Notes: generated by a model from the letters alone, not told the origin. DNA of 64,000 bases from an uncultured Acidobacteriota bacterium (GCA_963741955.1 CAVUKB010000005.1:160001-224000), one strand, 5' to 3'; positions 28,912 through 40,127 are shown, numbered from the stretch's first letter. A program made the numbers and translations.

Positions 28912-29319
28912 GTGCGCGTCAGAAGAGCCCGACAATCCCTTCGAAAGCTCCTCGTCATCGAGGACGACGCGAGACTGCTCGCATCGTACTGCGATCTTCT
29001 TTCTCCTTACGGATTTCACGTCCTCACCGCCCCCGATGGAGAGAGCGCGATCACCGTCGTCCAGGAGCATCCCGACATCCAGCTGGTGATCCTCGATCTG
29101 ATGATGCCGCGGATGGATGGCCGTGAATGGCTTCGCTGGTATCGCGCCCTGCAGCGCGAGTCTCCGGTCATTCTGGTGACGGGGTATGCGTCGACCGTCG
29201 ATCCGGAAGAAATGGGACTGGCTGCGGTACTTCAAAAGCCATTTCACGTGGCCGAGCTGCTCGACCTGGTGGGCCTCTTCTGCGGTCTCGGAACACCCGC
29301 AGCGTCGATCATGATCTGA
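28912..29319 (+). CDS. Single-domain response regulator receiver
   Basis: LLVIEDD, ILDLMMPRMDG, VTG, KPF. Confidence 0.88.
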   Translation: MRVRRARQSLRKLLVIEDDARLLASYCDLLSPYGFHVLTAPDGESAITVVQEHPDIQLVILDLMMPRMDGREWLRWYRALQRESPVILVTGYASTVDPEEMGLAAVLQKPFHVAELLDLVGLFCGLGTPAASIMI

Positions 29320-29343
29320 TTCCGCAGGGCGACGCCGTAAACC

Positions 29344-30189
29344 TCAGATGCCGAGCGCCGTCACTGCGTTCTCGACTTCCTCGATCACGTAGTCCGGAGT
29401 CGATGCACCCGCGGTCACCCCGATCCCCCTAGCCCCTTCGAACCAGGCTCGATCGAGATCGTCCGCTCCCTGGATCAGGTACGATGGCTTCCGTTCCCGG
29501 CAGATCTCCCACAGGTGCTTCGTATTGGCACTCTGCCGCCCGCCGATCACCAGAATCAGGTCGATCTCCGGATCGGCTGCGAGCTTCCGGGCCGCCTCCT
29601 GATTCTCCTTCGTCGCGTAGCAGATCGTATCCGCCCGTTCCACCTGCCGCACCGCGTCGATCGTCCGCACCACGTCCTCGTAGTCCTCCGCGTTGAGCGT
29701 GGTCTGGTAGAAGACCTTGAGCTTCGGGTACTGCTTCCAGTCCACGGCGTGCGCCCCTTCGACGGTGGAGACGATGTGGTAGAGCTCCGGATTGAGATCG
29801 CCGGTGTAGCCGATCACCTCGCGATGCTCGGGATCACCGATGAAGATGAGATGGTAACCCTCGTCCAGTGCCTTCTTCGACTCGCGATGGATGTCGTAGA
29901 CGAACTTGCAGGTGGTGTCGAGGATCTCCAGTCCGCGCTTCCGCGCGTTCTCGTGAAACGAGCCCGGCACGCCGTGCGCCGAGAAGACGATGGTCGGCTC
30001 CTCGATCTCATCCAGCTCCTCGACGGTCCGCACACCGAGTGCTTCCATCTCCTGCACCACCCGCTCGTTGTGAACGACCTGTCCGAGGATTGCCCCGGTA
30101 CCACCCTTTCCAACGAAACGCTTGACCTTCATGTCGGCAATGCGAACGCCGGAACAGAACCCGTACTTTTCCGCTCTCTTGATGATCAT
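29344..30189 (-). CDS. ispH: 4-hydroxy-3-methylbut-2-enyl diphosphate reductase
   Basis: GFCSGV, VHN, SAHG, DTTC, H.EV, QTT, TICYAT, SAN, TAGASTP. Confidence 0.95.
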   Translation of the reverse strand: MIIKRAEKYGFCSGVRIADMKVKRFVGKGGTGAILGQVVHNERVVQEMEALGVRTVEELDEIEEPTIVFSAHGVPGSFHENARKRGLEILDTTCKFVYDIHRESKKALDEGYHLIFIGDPEHREVIGYTGDLNPELYHIVSTVEGAHAVDWKQYPKLKVFYQTTLNAEDYEDVVRTIDAVRQVERADTICYATKENQEAARKLAADPEIDLILVIGGRQSANTKHLWEICRERKPSYLIQGADDLDRAWFEGARGIGVTAGASTPDYVIEEVENAVTALGI

Positions 30190-30336
30190 CGTTGCTCTGA
30201 ACAGCCTCCCGCGGCGAAGCATTCTACAACGCCCCCGTGAGCCCCCGATCGGCGCTTTCCGCCGGTCCGAGCGTTCCATTCGGATTCCCGGAGCGGCCGC
30301 GCCGGCTCGCATCCGACGTGTCTGGGCCAGCAACCA

Positions 30337-30444
30337 GACGAAGGCATAGGGGTGAGTATGTTGAGGAGCCGAAGCTGTGCGCAACGCAGGAGACAGGCCG
30401 CTATCCGTCTCCGCAGCAGAGACGGCGGGGAAAATGCGGGCTAG
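30337..30444. repeat. Partial inverted copy of MITE family A
   Basis: Reverse complement matches about 15223-15330 (GACGAAGGCATAG...GGCCGCTATCCG.CTCCGCAGCAGAGA...AAATGCGGGCTAG). Confidence 0.75.
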
Positions 30445-30453
30445 AATCCGCCC

Positions 30454-31650
30454 GTGAAACGCGCTTCCCTCACCTCCAGGCCCGAGCCGCTCTTCACCCC
30501 GGCGTTTCTTCTGATGTGCGGCTTCAACCTCGTCGCGTTCCTCTCCGCGTTCCAGCTGCTCCCCACCATTCCCTTCCGCATCCTCGCCCTCGGCGGAACG
30601 AGAGCCGAGGCGGGATGGTTCCTCGCCGTGTACACGTATGCGAGCGCGTTCTCGGCACCACTGACCGGTGCGATCGCGGACCGGATCGGCCGTCGCAGAG
30701 CGATCTTCATCTCCTGCAGTCTCTTCATCGTCTTCTCCGTCGCCTACGGTTTCGTCACCTCACTCGTTCCGCTCCTCGTCGTCGGCTGCATTCACGGAGT
30801 GGCGTGGTCGTCGATGCTCTCCTCCGGTGGAGCGATCATCAGCGAAGCGATCCCCGAGGGGCGGAGAACGGAAGGAATGGCGTACTACGGACTCGCGAGC
30901 ACCATCGCCGTCGCCATCGCGCCCTCCATCGGCCTCTTCGTTTACGGGTTCAGCTGGCTCGCGCTCTGCCTCGAAATGGCGGGTCTTTCGGCCGTGCTGC
31001 TTCTCGTCGCCACGCGCATCCCTCGCGAGATCCGTCTCCTCCATCGCGCTTCGTGGCATCCGCGCGAGCTCGTGATCTGGCGGGTGGTCCTCGTGGCGAT
31101 GGCGATGTTCGCGGTCTCGTTCGGCTACGGCGGCGTGACCAGCTTCGTCGCGCTTCTCTCGCAGGCCCGCAACATCCATCCCGAGTCGATCTTCTTCACC
31201 GTCTTCGCCATCGCGGTTCTCTTCACCCGCATCTTCACTTCGAGACTCGGCGACCGATTCGGCCCGGCGTATCTCCTCTATCCGACACTGGCGATGATTC
31301 CTCCCTCCCTGCTGATTCTCGCCCTCTCGCAATCGAGGACGGGAGTGATCCTCTCCGCCACGATCTTCGGAATCGGCTTCGGGAGTGCGTATCCGGCGTT
31401 CATCTCCTTCGTACTGGGGCGAACCGATCCCGCGCGCCGCGCGAGCGTCTTCGGGAGCGTGCTTTGGGCATTCGACACCGGAATCGGTACCGGATCGGTC
31501 GTCACGGGATGGGTCGCCCAGGAATGGTCCTTCGGCGCGGCGTTCATCGTCGCAGCGTGCTTCTCCACGCTGTCGATCCCGATCTTCGCCGCTACGTCGA
31601 GGCTGCTGGGACGAGAGGATCAAGACGTCAGCGGTCCGCGAACGGGCTAG
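30454..31650 (+). CDS. MFS transporter
   Basis: Motif A GAIADRIGRR and RLGDRFG; about 12 TM. Confidence 0.92.
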   Translation: MKRASLTSRPEPLFTPAFLLMCGFNLVAFLSAFQLLPTIPFRILALGGTRAEAGWFLAVYTYASAFSAPLTGAIADRIGRRRAIFISCSLFIVFSVAYGFVTSLVPLLVVGCIHGVAWSSMLSSGGAIISEAIPEGRRTEGMAYYGLASTIAVAIAPSIGLFVYGFSWLALCLEMAGLSAVLLLVATRIPREIRLLHRASWHPRELVIWRVVLVAMAMFAVSFGYGGVTSFVALLSQARNIHPESIFFTVFAIAVLFTRIFTSRLGDRFGPAYLLYPTLAMIPPSLLILALSQSRTGVILSATIFGIGFGSAYPAFISFVLGRTDPARRASVFGSVLWAFDTGIGTGSVVTGWVAQEWSFGAAFIVAACFSTLSIPIFAATSRLLGREDQDVSGPRTG

Positions 31651-31809
31651 GAGTCTGCGCGGTAGAAACTGTCTTACTGCGAAAGCGGATCAACGGTCCA
31701 AATCCGCCCGGATTTTCGGCGAGTAGCCACCGCTACGCACCTCAAATCCGAACGAATTTGGCCTCGCTGCTCCGCTTTCTCGCTACGGACGTTTCTACCG
31801 CGCAGACTC
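31651..31809. mobile_element. MITE-like element, family B (intact copy)
   Basis: Perfect 19-bp TIR GAGTCTGCGCGGTAGAAAC/GTTTCTACCGCGCAGACTC flanked by CTAG on both sides. Confidence 0.8.
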
Positions 31810-31820
31810 CTAGCCCGATG

Positions 31821-33743
31821 TCAGATCCGGACCACACCCGCCTTCTGGAAAATTTTCGCCTCGATGAAGAGATCCACCAGCGAGGGATCGAGGAGCCCGT
31901 CCGCCATTTCCATCCGGAGGATGTCGAGCGCTCGCTCCGTCGGGACTGCCTTCTTGTACGGGCGGTCGTTCGCGGTGAGCGCGTCATAGATGTCCGAAAC
32001 GGTCATCATCCGCGACTGCACTGAGATCTCCGGCGCCGGGAGTCCCCGAGGATACCCTCGCCCGTTCAGTTTCTCGTGGTGTGCGTACGCGATGTCCGGG
32101 ACCGTGCGCAGATCCCGGGTCCACGGAATCTTCGAGAGGAACTCGTACGTGTGTGTGACGTGACTCTCGATCTCGCCTCTCTCCGTGGAATCGAGATTTC
32201 CCTTTCGGATGGAGAGCGTGCGCAGCTCGTCCGGCGTGAGCAACGTGCGAACCGCGCCGCTCGCGTCGAGATACTCGTACTCCGACAGATGCACGAGGTG
32301 ATCGAAGTCCCCTTCGGGAAGAATCGTCGGTTCGTTCGACCGCACCACGAGCTGATAGAAGCCCGACAGCTCGTCGAGCGTCCGGATCAGCTCCGCCGTG
32401 ATCTGCTGATCGAACGCCTCGAAGCCGGTGTGGCCGTGCCGGAGCAGATGCTCGATGCGCCTCCGGTCGTACTCCGCCTCGATCTGCTTCGCCCGGAACT
32501 CGAAGCGGGCGCGGATCAGGTCGATCTGCAGCGGGTACAGCTTCTTCTCCTTCACCAGCACTTTCTCCCGAACTCCGACTTTTCCGAAGTCGTGGAGTAG
32601 TGATGCATAGCGGATTTCCCGGATCTGTTCGGGGGTGAAGCGGATGGAGCCGAACTCGCCGGCGTCGATTCCGTCGACTGTCTTCGCGAGCTCCACGGTC
32701 AGGTCCGCGACCCGGAACGAATGACCCGAGGTGGTCGGATCGCGTTGCTCGATCGCGGTGACCGACGCCGTGACGAAACCTTCGAACAGCCGTTCGATCG
32801 ATTCGTAGAGAGCCTGGTTCTCCACTGCGACGGCAGCCTGCCCCGCGAGAGATCGCATCAGCTTGATGGTGTGCGGATCGAACGGGATCACTTCGTCCGG
32901 AACCGTCGTCGCGGTGAGCCGGACCGTCGACCCCGCGCGCTTGCGGTTGATCAGCTGAAGCACTCCGATGATCTCGTCCTGATGGTTCGTCATCGGAAGA
33001 ACGAGCATCGAGCGCGTGAGGTATCCCGTCTCGCGGTCGAAGCTCGTGTTGATGGTGTACTCCGCGCCGGCGTCGAGCTCGTACGCATCATCGATGACCA
33101 GCGTCTCGCCGGTATACGCGACGTACCCGGCGATGCTGCTCCGCGTGATGGGGAGAACCTTCTCTTCGAAATCGACCGGGATCGAGTCGTTCTGCGCGAG
33201 CTTCCAGCGAAGGACTTTCCCTTCCCCCGGAACATCTTCGAGCAGATAGAGCGAGCCGGCGTCGGAGCGACTCAGCTCGCGGCTCTTCGTCAGAATCATC
33301 GAGAGGAGAACTTCGTGGTCGCGCTCCGAGCCGAGCGCCATTCCGATCTTGTTCAGCTCTTCGAGCTCCTGACTCCGCTGCCGCAGCTCGAGCTCGAGCT
33401 GATGGTTGCGTACCGCCACCTCGAGATACTCGTGAGCGCGATGCACCGCATTCGCGAGGAGTGCGGGATCGGGATGGTCCGGCAGATGGAGAAAGATCTC
33501 CTTCCCCACCGCGGAGCTCACTCCGTTCAGCCCCACGCCAAGGACCGCGACCGATTCGCCTGCGTCGAACGGATCACTACCGAGGAGCTCGGGGTCGAGC
33601 AGAAGAATGGACAACTGCGCCGGAGACGATCGGAGATCGCCCACTCGGTCGATGAGTCGGGGCACGACCTCCTCACCGGCGAGCGCGGCCTGATATTGCG
33701 CGATCGGAAACGCGCGCGAATGAAGCAGGTTCAACCGAGCCAT
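31821..33743 (-). CDS. GAF + HD-GYP cyclic dinucleotide phosphodiesterase
   Basis: GAF (GVLQLINRK); RDPTTSGHS, LHDFGK, HHEKLNGRGYPRG, DIYDALT..RPYK. Confidence 0.92.
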   Translation of the reverse strand: MARLNLLHSRAFPIAQYQAALAGEEVVPRLIDRVGDLRSSPAQLSILLLDPELLGSDPFDAGESVAVLGVGLNGVSSAVGKEIFLHLPDHPDPALLANAVHRAHEYLEVAVRNHQLELELRQRSQELEELNKIGMALGSERDHEVLLSMILTKSRELSRSDAGSLYLLEDVPGEGKVLRWKLAQNDSIPVDFEEKVLPITRSSIAGYVAYTGETLVIDDAYELDAGAEYTINTSFDRETGYLTRSMLVLPMTNHQDEIIGVLQLINRKRAGSTVRLTATTVPDEVIPFDPHTIKLMRSLAGQAAVAVENQALYESIERLFEGFVTASVTAIEQRDPTTSGHSFRVADLTVELAKTVDGIDAGEFGSIRFTPEQIREIRYASLLHDFGKVGVREKVLVKEKKLYPLQIDLIRARFEFRAKQIEAEYDRRRIEHLLRHGHTGFEAFDQQITAELIRTLDELSGFYQLVVRSNEPTILPEGDFDHLVHLSEYEYLDASGAVRTLLTPDELRTLSIRKGNLDSTERGEIESHVTHTYEFLSKIPWTRDLRTVPDIAYAHHEKLNGRGYPRGLPAPEISVQSRMMTVSDIYDALTANDRPYKKAVPTERALDILRMEMADGLLDPSLVDLFIEAKIFQKAGVVRI

Positions 33744-34044
33744 CCTCGAAAACCTCGACCCGCGCAGCGTCTCTCCCGCGGGTGACTTCCCCTTCGTCCC
33801 CGTGTCGTCGCGCGTCGGCTGCCCGCGCACGAAAATGCGACTGCCACTGCCTGGACTGCGTGCGAATATTGTACTATCCCACTCGACAGCTGACTACAGA
33901 ATGCAACGGGCGGCAGGCCTGTTGTGACTCCTGACCCGACTCTATCGATGCTCCGTTCCGCCGCGCCGAGGCTGCGCCCGAGGAACCGTAGCATCTGCAG
34001 AAGAGGCGGGCCGGCTGCGGAAAATCTCACGATCGGAGGACGGA

Positions 34045-35301
34045 TTGGCTGCATACACGACGGAAACGATCAGGCCGAAGTACCACGAGGCACTCGTCGG
34101 CTGGCAGAAGAAGAACTTCCCCGAGATGCACTTTCTCCTCGACCACTGGGACGATCATTTCGGTCGCCAGCGGAGGTTCGAGCTCGTGGCGAAGATCGGA
34201 CGGCTCGGCTCGGAAACGGTCGAGCTCGGGCGTTTCACCGGGCGTCCCAAGTTCCAGCGCGCGGGCGACATGGTCGGCAACATGTTCTACTCCGCCCGCG
34301 ACATCATCCGCGCCCAATGCTCCACCGAGCTCGGGTCGATCCAGCAGCACCGTCTCACACTCGAGACCGCTCCCAGCGACGAGATGAAGCTCTCCGTCCT
34401 CCGGATCATGGCCGAGGAGCTGCGGCACGCGTATCAGATGTTCTGGGTGCTGGATCACGACGAGAGCTGGCACAAGCCGGGACACCCCGACATCGCCAGC
34501 GAGACGCTCGACGAGCTCCTCTCGATGCAGCTCGGCGAGCACGTGCTCGACGCGTTCAACATCCGTTTTCACAACTTTCTGGACAACGTCGTCTTCGCCA
34601 CGGTGATCGACCTGGTCGGCAAGTATCAGCTCGAGATGCAGCGCGTCTTTTCGTATGTCCCGATGGCGCGCTCGATGAGCCCGATGCTCTCTGAAGAAGG
34701 CTTCCACATCGGATCGGGAAGGCTCTTCCTCCGCGCCATCGCTGCGGATGCCACCGACGGTAAAGGTGACTACTCCATCGCCGACATCCAGAAGTCGCTG
34801 AATCTCTGGTTGCCGCGCGGTTTCGAGATGTTCGGAAACGAGCGCGGGGGAGAAACCGCGATCGCGTTCGGATTCAAGGACAAGCTCAACGGCACTGCAC
34901 AGTCCGAGTACCTGAACGAGGTTCGCGAACTGATCGAGCTCACCAACGTAGCCGTCGTGCAGACGAAGATCAGCGACATCAGCGCGCCGGATGCCCGGAG
35001 CCTCGTGCGCGAAGTCCAGGACACCGGAGAAAATGTGCGCGGCGTCCGGCCGGAAGATATGGTCTACGTTCCCGACGTGAAGTTCTTCCGTCAGCGCGGA
35101 CCGGAGGACGTGGTGTTCTTCCCTTACGACGTCGCAGGGAAACTCCTGACCGAGAATGGGAATCCGATCCCGGGCGAGAAGTACCTCGACTACCTCTCGA
35201 CCGTGCTTCCCGACTATTTCTTCTCGGACCGCGAGTTCTTCAAATACAAGGGAAAGCTCCTCGGCGATCCGGCTCCGACGTCCGGCAGCTACGGCTGGTA
35301 G
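34045..35301 (+). CDS. Ferritin-like di-iron protein, BoxB/PaaA (aroyl-CoA epoxidase)-like
   Basis: STE..SIQQ, EELRH, D..GKYQL, EEGFH; TTG start with GGAGGA RBS. Confidence 0.75.
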   Translation: MAAYTTETIRPKYHEALVGWQKKNFPEMHFLLDHWDDHFGRQRRFELVAKIGRLGSETVELGRFTGRPKFQRAGDMVGNMFYSARDIIRAQCSTELGSIQQHRLTLETAPSDEMKLSVLRIMAEELRHAYQMFWVLDHDESWHKPGHPDIASETLDELLSMQLGEHVLDAFNIRFHNFLDNVVFATVIDLVGKYQLEMQRVFSYVPMARSMSPMLSEEGFHIGSGRLFLRAIAADATDGKGDYSIADIQKSLNLWLPRGFEMFGNERGGETAIAFGFKDKLNGTAQSEYLNEVRELIELTNVAVVQTKISDISAPDARSLVREVQDTGENVRGVRPEDMVYVPDVKFFRQRGPEDVVFFPYDVAGKLLTENGNPIPGEKYLDYLSTVLPDYFFSDREFFKYKGKLLGDPAPTSGSYGW

Positions 35302-35512
35302 GACGTTTCGGGATTTCCGGAACCCCCGCACTCGTCGAGGCTTCACAGAACCCGGCGGGTGCGGGCTCACGCCTTCCGCGTCTCTACGAGTCTGACGCGC
35401 ACCCCGCACCGGACTTTCCTGCCCACTGGATTGAGGATCCGCTGCAAACGCCATCGTCGCAGGCTCTTCCGCGCATTTCTGAAATGGCCGCGACCTTGCA
35501 GAAATCAATTCC

Positions 35513-36625
35513 ATGAAATGTCCCGAATGCAGTGCAGCTCTCGAAGAGGGAGCGACGCACTGTTCGAGCTGCGGCCTGATTCTGATGAGGGAGAAAGCGC
35601 CTCCGCCGAGACGGCGGAGGGAGGATCTGTCGCGGCACCGCCGGCGCGCGTCGGATCACGACCGCGTCGAATGTCCTTTCTGCAAGAGTGAGATTCTCAG
35701 GTCGGCGGTCCGCTGCGGTCACTGCAGTGAGATCGTCAACGAAGACTACCATCGAGAGAAACTCCACCGCCGTCGCTCACAGATTCTCTACTCCAGCTGG
35801 GTGGCTTATCTCCTGGGACTCGCCGCATTCCTCGTCTTCCGTCCGGTCGGCCTCTTCGCCATTGCGGCGGGGATGATCCTCTCGATCGTCTACTACGCGA
35901 TACCGGCCGACCCGAGCCCTCCCGGTGAAAAGCCGAGCTTCTCACGATTCTGGTCCACTCTCCGGAAGCAGCTGAAAGTCGAGACCATCCCCATTCCGAT
36001 TCCCCATTTCCCGAAGGCCCGTCTGATATTCGTCGGCACGCCTCTCATCGCGGCGGCACTCGGCTATTTCGCGAACTTCTTCATCCTCCAGCAGCCGATG
36101 AACCGGATCCTCGCGAGCAGTCCGGTCTTCCACGGGATTACCGTCTCCACCCACTACGAGTACTGGATCTTCCCGCAGATCCTGGTTTTCGATCTCGAGA
36201 AGATCGACCCTGCACAGAGTCCGCTCGTCGTTCACACTGCACTCCTCGAGTATGCGCAGCAGATGCAGGGATACCGGTGGAGCCGCATCGAGCTTCAGTA
36301 CCACGGCAACACCCGCTTCTCGATCAAGGGGGCCGATTTCTCCAAACTCGGGGCCGAATACGCGCGCAGCAACATCAGCTTCGTCGTGTTCGAGTTTCCC
36401 CGGTTGGTCCGGCCTGCCGACGGCAATGCCGCTCCACTCCCGAAGGACGGAAAGGACGCGTTCATCGAGCTCTACAAGCGATGGTACGTGAACGATCTCG
36501 TCGCCAGGACCACGCCCGGAACGAAGGAGCGCCGTCTGGCACTCTTCTCCGGTCACGGGCCGCCCCTGACGCCCGGGAATCAGGAGTCAGGGATCGGGGA
36601 TCGGGGGCATGCGCACACACTTTGA
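35513..36625 (+). CDS. Membrane protein with N-terminal zinc ribbons
   Basis: Four CxxC pairs (CPEC, CSSC, CPFC, CGHC), three TM, C-terminal soluble domain. Confidence 0.75.
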   Translation: MKCPECSAALEEGATHCSSCGLILMREKAPPPRRRREDLSRHRRRASDHDRVECPFCKSEILRSAVRCGHCSEIVNEDYHREKLHRRRSQILYSSWVAYLLGLAAFLVFRPVGLFAIAAGMILSIVYYAIPADPSPPGEKPSFSRFWSTLRKQLKVETIPIPIPHFPKARLIFVGTPLIAAALGYFANFFILQQPMNRILASSPVFHGITVSTHYEYWIFPQILVFDLEKIDPAQSPLVVHTALLEYAQQMQGYRWSRIELQYHGNTRFSIKGADFSKLGAEYARSNISFVVFEFPRLVRPADGNAAPLPKDGKDAFIELYKRWYVNDLVARTTPGTKERRLALFSGHGPPLTPGNQESGIGDRGHAHTL

Positions 36626-36786
36626 GGAGCGGAATGATCCGACCGCCCGACGCATGCAGAATTCAGGATTGAGAACTCAGGCGCGACCGGCGGGCGACGG
36701 CCACCTTTGACCAGACGAATGGCGAGAGCGAATTCAAGAATCGTCCTGCCGCGACGGGGCCGCCACCGGAAAAATTGCCGCCCTCT

Positions 36787-37419
36787 TCACCTCGCGGTCG
36801 GTTTCAGCAGGCCGTCTCTCTCCAACTCGGCCGTGAGGTCGAGAGTATTGTGAAACTGGTAGGCGGTGATCCCGAGGTTCTTTGCCGCGCTGACGTTCTC
36901 CGCGAGATCGTCCACGAACACCACCTCGTCGGGATCGGCCTGCAGCTCGTGCAGGACGCGGTTGAAGATCGCAGGGTCGGGCTTCGCGCATTCATAGACG
37001 TGCGAGAAGAAAAGGCGGTCTTCTTTCCGGAAGAGAATCGCGAACTGGCGCGGGATCACCTCGGCGTGCACCGGGTTCGAGTTGGAGAGAAACGCCACGC
37101 GGTATTCGGCGCGCACCCGCTCCAGCAGCTCCTCGATCCCTTCGATCGTTCCGTCGAAGAAATCGCTCCAGATGCGGTATAGCTCGTGGATGTCGTCGCG
37201 ATACCCGGCAACCTCGACCAGATGCTGGTGAAACTCACGAAAGGAGACCGCACCGCGCTCGAGGTCGTGGTATCCCCCCGGTTCCTCCATCAACCTCACC
37301 AGCTCGTCGCGCTGGACGTCGGAGCGGCTGCATATGGCCGCAAGGACTCTCTCGTACGCCACTTTGACGACGACATTTCCGAGGTCGAAGATGAACCAGC
37401 ACTTGTGCGGCATGATCAC
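36787..37419 (-). CDS. HAD family phosphatase (YihX-like)
   Basis: FDLGNV, LSN, KPDPAIF, FVDD..ENV. Confidence 0.88.
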   Translation of the reverse strand: MIMPHKCWFIFDLGNVVVKVAYERVLAAICSRSDVQRDELVRLMEEPGGYHDLERGAVSFREFHQHLVEVAGYRDDIHELYRIWSDFFDGTIEGIEELLERVRAEYRVAFLSNSNPVHAEVIPRQFAILFRKEDRLFFSHVYECAKPDPAIFNRVLHELQADPDEVVFVDDLAENVSAAKNLGITAYQFHNTLDLTAELERDGLLKPTAR

Positions 37420-39023
37420 ATCCGGAAGACACCGAACTTCATCTCCGGGATCGGAGCATTGTACGAGGAGGAGATCGCAAGTCCGAGCACCGTCCGTGTG
37501 TCGGCAGGGTCGATGATGCCGTCGTCCCAGATGCGGGCCGTGCTGTAGTAGGGATTTCCCTCTTCTTCGTACTTCTTCCGCACCGGATCCGCAATGGACG
37601 CCTCGTCTTCTGCCGAAAGAGTCTTCCCTTCCCGCTCCAGCTGATCACGCTTCACCGTGGTCAGGACGCCTGCCGCCTGCTCTCCTCCCATCACGCTGAT
37701 GCGCGCGTTGGGCCACATCCAGAGGAAGCGGGGATCGTACGCTCTTCCGCACATTCCGTAGTTCCCTGCACCGAACGAGCCGCCGATGATCACCGTGAAC
37801 TTCGGCACCACCGAGTTCGCCACGGCGTGAACCATCTTCGCTCCGTCCTTCGCGATCCCTCCCCGCTCGTACTCTCGTCCCACCATGAATCCGGTGATGT
37901 TCTGCAGGAAGATCAGCGGGATCGCGCGCTGGTTGCACACCTCGATGAAGTGCGTCGCCTTGAGCGCCGACTCACTGAAGAGGACACCGTTGTTCGCGAG
38001 AATCCCGACCTTGTAGCCGAAGATCCGCGCGAAGCCGGTGATGATGGTCGGTGCGTAGCGCTCCTTGAACTCCTGAAAGCGTGAGCCGTCGACGATCCGC
38101 GCGATGATCTCCCGGACATCGAACGACTTCCGTCCGTCGAGAGGCATCACTCCGTAGATCTCTTTCGGATCGTAGAGAGGATTCTCCGGCATGATCCGCG
38201 TGTCGGGCTCCCGCTTACCCCGCGGCAGCGTCTCGACGATGTTCCGCACGATGGCGATCGCGTGGTGGTCGTCTTCCGCGAAGTAATCCGCCACTCCCGA
38301 GATTCTGGTGTGCACATCGGCACCTCCGAGATCCTCGGCGGTGACCTCCTCTCCCGTCGCTGCCTTCACCAGAGGGGGCCCGCCGAGGAAGATCGTACCG
38401 GTGCCCTTCACGATGACCGATTCGTCGGACATTGCGGGGACGTACGCACCTCCCGCGGTGCACGAGCCCATCACCGCGGAGATCTGGGGGATTCCCATCG
38501 CGGACATCCGCGCCTGGTTGTAGAAGATCCGTCCGAAATGCTCCTTGTCGGGAAAGACTTCCGCCTGCAGAGGGAGGAACGCGCCGCCCGAATCGACCAG
38601 ATAAATGCACGGAAGATGGTTCTCCTGCGCGATCTCCTGGGCCCGGACGTGCTTCTTCACCGTGAGCGGGAAGTAGCTCCCCCCCTTCACCGTGGCATCG
38701 TTCGCGATGATCATGCACTCTCGCTCGTCGATGCGGCCGATCCCGGTGACGATCCCCGCTCCCGGCGCCTCGCCGCGGTACATTCCGTGCGCGGCGAGCT
38801 GGGAGAACTCGAGGAACGGGGTGTCGGGATCGAGAAGCTCCCCGATGCGCTCGCGCGCGGTGAGCTTTCCCTGCTGGCGGTGGCGCTCGACGTACTTTCC
38901 GCCTCCCCCCTCCCGTGCGCGCTCGATCTCCTCCCGCAACTGCGCGACGAGCTGCTCCATGCGGATGCGGCTCTCACGGAACTCCGCGGAGGACGAATCG
39001 ATGTGACTCTCAAGCTGTTCCAT
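37416..39023 (-). CDS. Acyl-CoA carboxylase carboxyltransferase (methylcrotonyl-CoA carboxylase beta-like)
   Basis: [53 protein letters not shown]. Confidence 0.93.
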   Translation of the reverse strand: MEQLESHIDSSSAEFRESRIRMEQLVAQLREEIERAREGGGGKYVERHRQQGKLTARERIGELLDPDTPFLEFSQLAAHGMYRGEAPGAGIVTGIGRIDERECMIIANDATVKGGSYFPLTVKKHVRAQEIAQENHLPCIYLVDSGGAFLPLQAEVFPDKEHFGRIFYNQARMSAMGIPQISAVMGSCTAGGAYVPAMSDESVIVKGTGTIFLGGPPLVKAATGEEVTAEDLGGADVHTRISGVADYFAEDDHHAIAIVRNIVETLPRGKREPDTRIMPENPLYDPKEIYGVMPLDGRKSFDVREIIARIVDGSRFQEFKERYAPTIITGFARIFGYKVGILANNGVLFSESALKATHFIEVCNQRAIPLIFLQNITGFMVGREYERGGIAKDGAKMVHAVANSVVPKFTVIIGGSFGAGNYGMCGRAYDPRFLWMWPNARISVMGGEQAAGVLTTVKRDQLEREGKTLSAEDEASIADPVRKKYEEEGNPYYSTARIWDDGIIDPADTRTVLGLAISSSYNAPIPEMKFGVFRM

Positions 39024-39729
39024 GTGAACCTCCCGATGAATGCAGCTCGGCATGACGTTTCGCCAGGAGATGAACCTGCTGCGGGGTCAGACGTTCACTC
39101 GCGCTCAGTATCTCGCGGACCGATGCGAACCATGGTCCGTCGGTGCGCGATAGCCGTTGAAGACGCGCCTCGAGCTCCGCGCCTTCCGGATCGCAGACCT
39201 CGTCCACCATTCCGATCCGCTCCGCCCCGGCAGCGTCGAAGACTGCATTGTCGAGAAGGAGACGCGCCGCCGCGGTGCGCCCGATCAGTTTCCGCCAGCG
39301 CGAAGTCCCTCCGAATCCGGTCGGGATCCCGATTTTCGATCCGGGATGGGAGAAGCGTGAAGCCGCGCTCGAGAAGCGGAAGTCGAACGACATCGCAAGG
39401 TCCAGCGCGCCGCCGAAGCAGTCGCCGTCGATGATCGCGGCGGTCGGGAACGGGAGCCGCTCGATCCGTCCGAAGAGCGTCTGCCCCTTTTCCGCGAAGC
39501 CGACGGCGTCGCGCCAGTCGAACTCCTTCATCTCCGCCATGTCGGCCCCCGCGGCAAAGAGACCCCGGCGGCCGCTGCGGAAGGCGAGCAGGCGGACGCC
39601 GGACGGCATCGCGTCGAGCACGGAAGAGAGCTCCGAGAGTGCCTCGGCCGACAGGAGGTTCATCCCCCCGTCGTCGAATCGGAGCTCCAGAATTCCGCTG
39701 CGGAGCGTGGTGCGGAAACGGTCGGTCAT
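39010..39729 (-). CDS. Enoyl-CoA hydratase/isomerase family protein
   Basis: [27 protein letters not shown]. Confidence 0.85.
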   Translation of the reverse strand: MTDRFRTTLRSGILELRFDDGGMNLLSAEALSELSSVLDAMPSGVRLLAFRSGRRGLFAAGADMAEMKEFDWRDAVGFAEKGQTLFGRIERLPFPTAAIIDGDCFGGALDLAMSFDFRFSSAASRFSHPGSKIGIPTGFGGTSRWRKLIGRTAAARLLLDNAVFDAAGAERIGMVDEVCDPEGAELEARLQRLSRTDGPWFASVREILSASERLTPQQVHLLAKRHAELHSSGGSHGTA

Positions 39730-40127
39730 CGATGCGCGACGGCTTCCCGGATCGCGTCCACTGCAGCGGACGTCGGAGTCCCGGGGAGGAACACGGCGCG
39801 GACGCCGATCCCCTTCAGCCGCGGAATGTCCTTCTCCGGAATGATTCCCCCGGCGAAGACGATGATGTCCCCCGCCTCCTGCTCGGCCAGGAGCTTCATG
39901 ATCTCGGGAATCAGGACGTTGTGGGCTCCGGAGAGGATGGAGAGGCCGATCGCGTCGACGTCTTCCTGCACCGCGGCGGCGACGATCTGTTCCGGCGTCT
40001 GCCGCAGTCCGGTGTAGATCACTTCCATCCCCGCGTCCCGCAGTGCGCGCGCGACGACCTTCGCTCCACGGTCATGTCCGTCGAGACCGGGTTTCGCAAT
40101 CAGGACTCGGATTTTGTGCTCGCTCAT
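39726..40127 (-). CDS. Methylmalonyl-CoA mutase-type cobalamin-binding subunit
   Basis: [26 protein letters not shown]. Confidence 0.93.
   Translation of the reverse strand: MSEHKIRVLIAKPGLDGHDRGAKVVARALRDAGMEVIYTGLRQTPEQIVAAAVQEDVDAIGLSILSGAHNVLIPEIMKLLAEQEAGDIIVFAGGIIPEKDIPRLKGIGVRAVFLPGTPTSAAVDAIREAVAHR

Noticed and set aside
33840-34044. Riboswitch in the leader of the BoxB-like gene
   Set aside because: No recognisable aptamer consensus by eye; would need an Rfam scan
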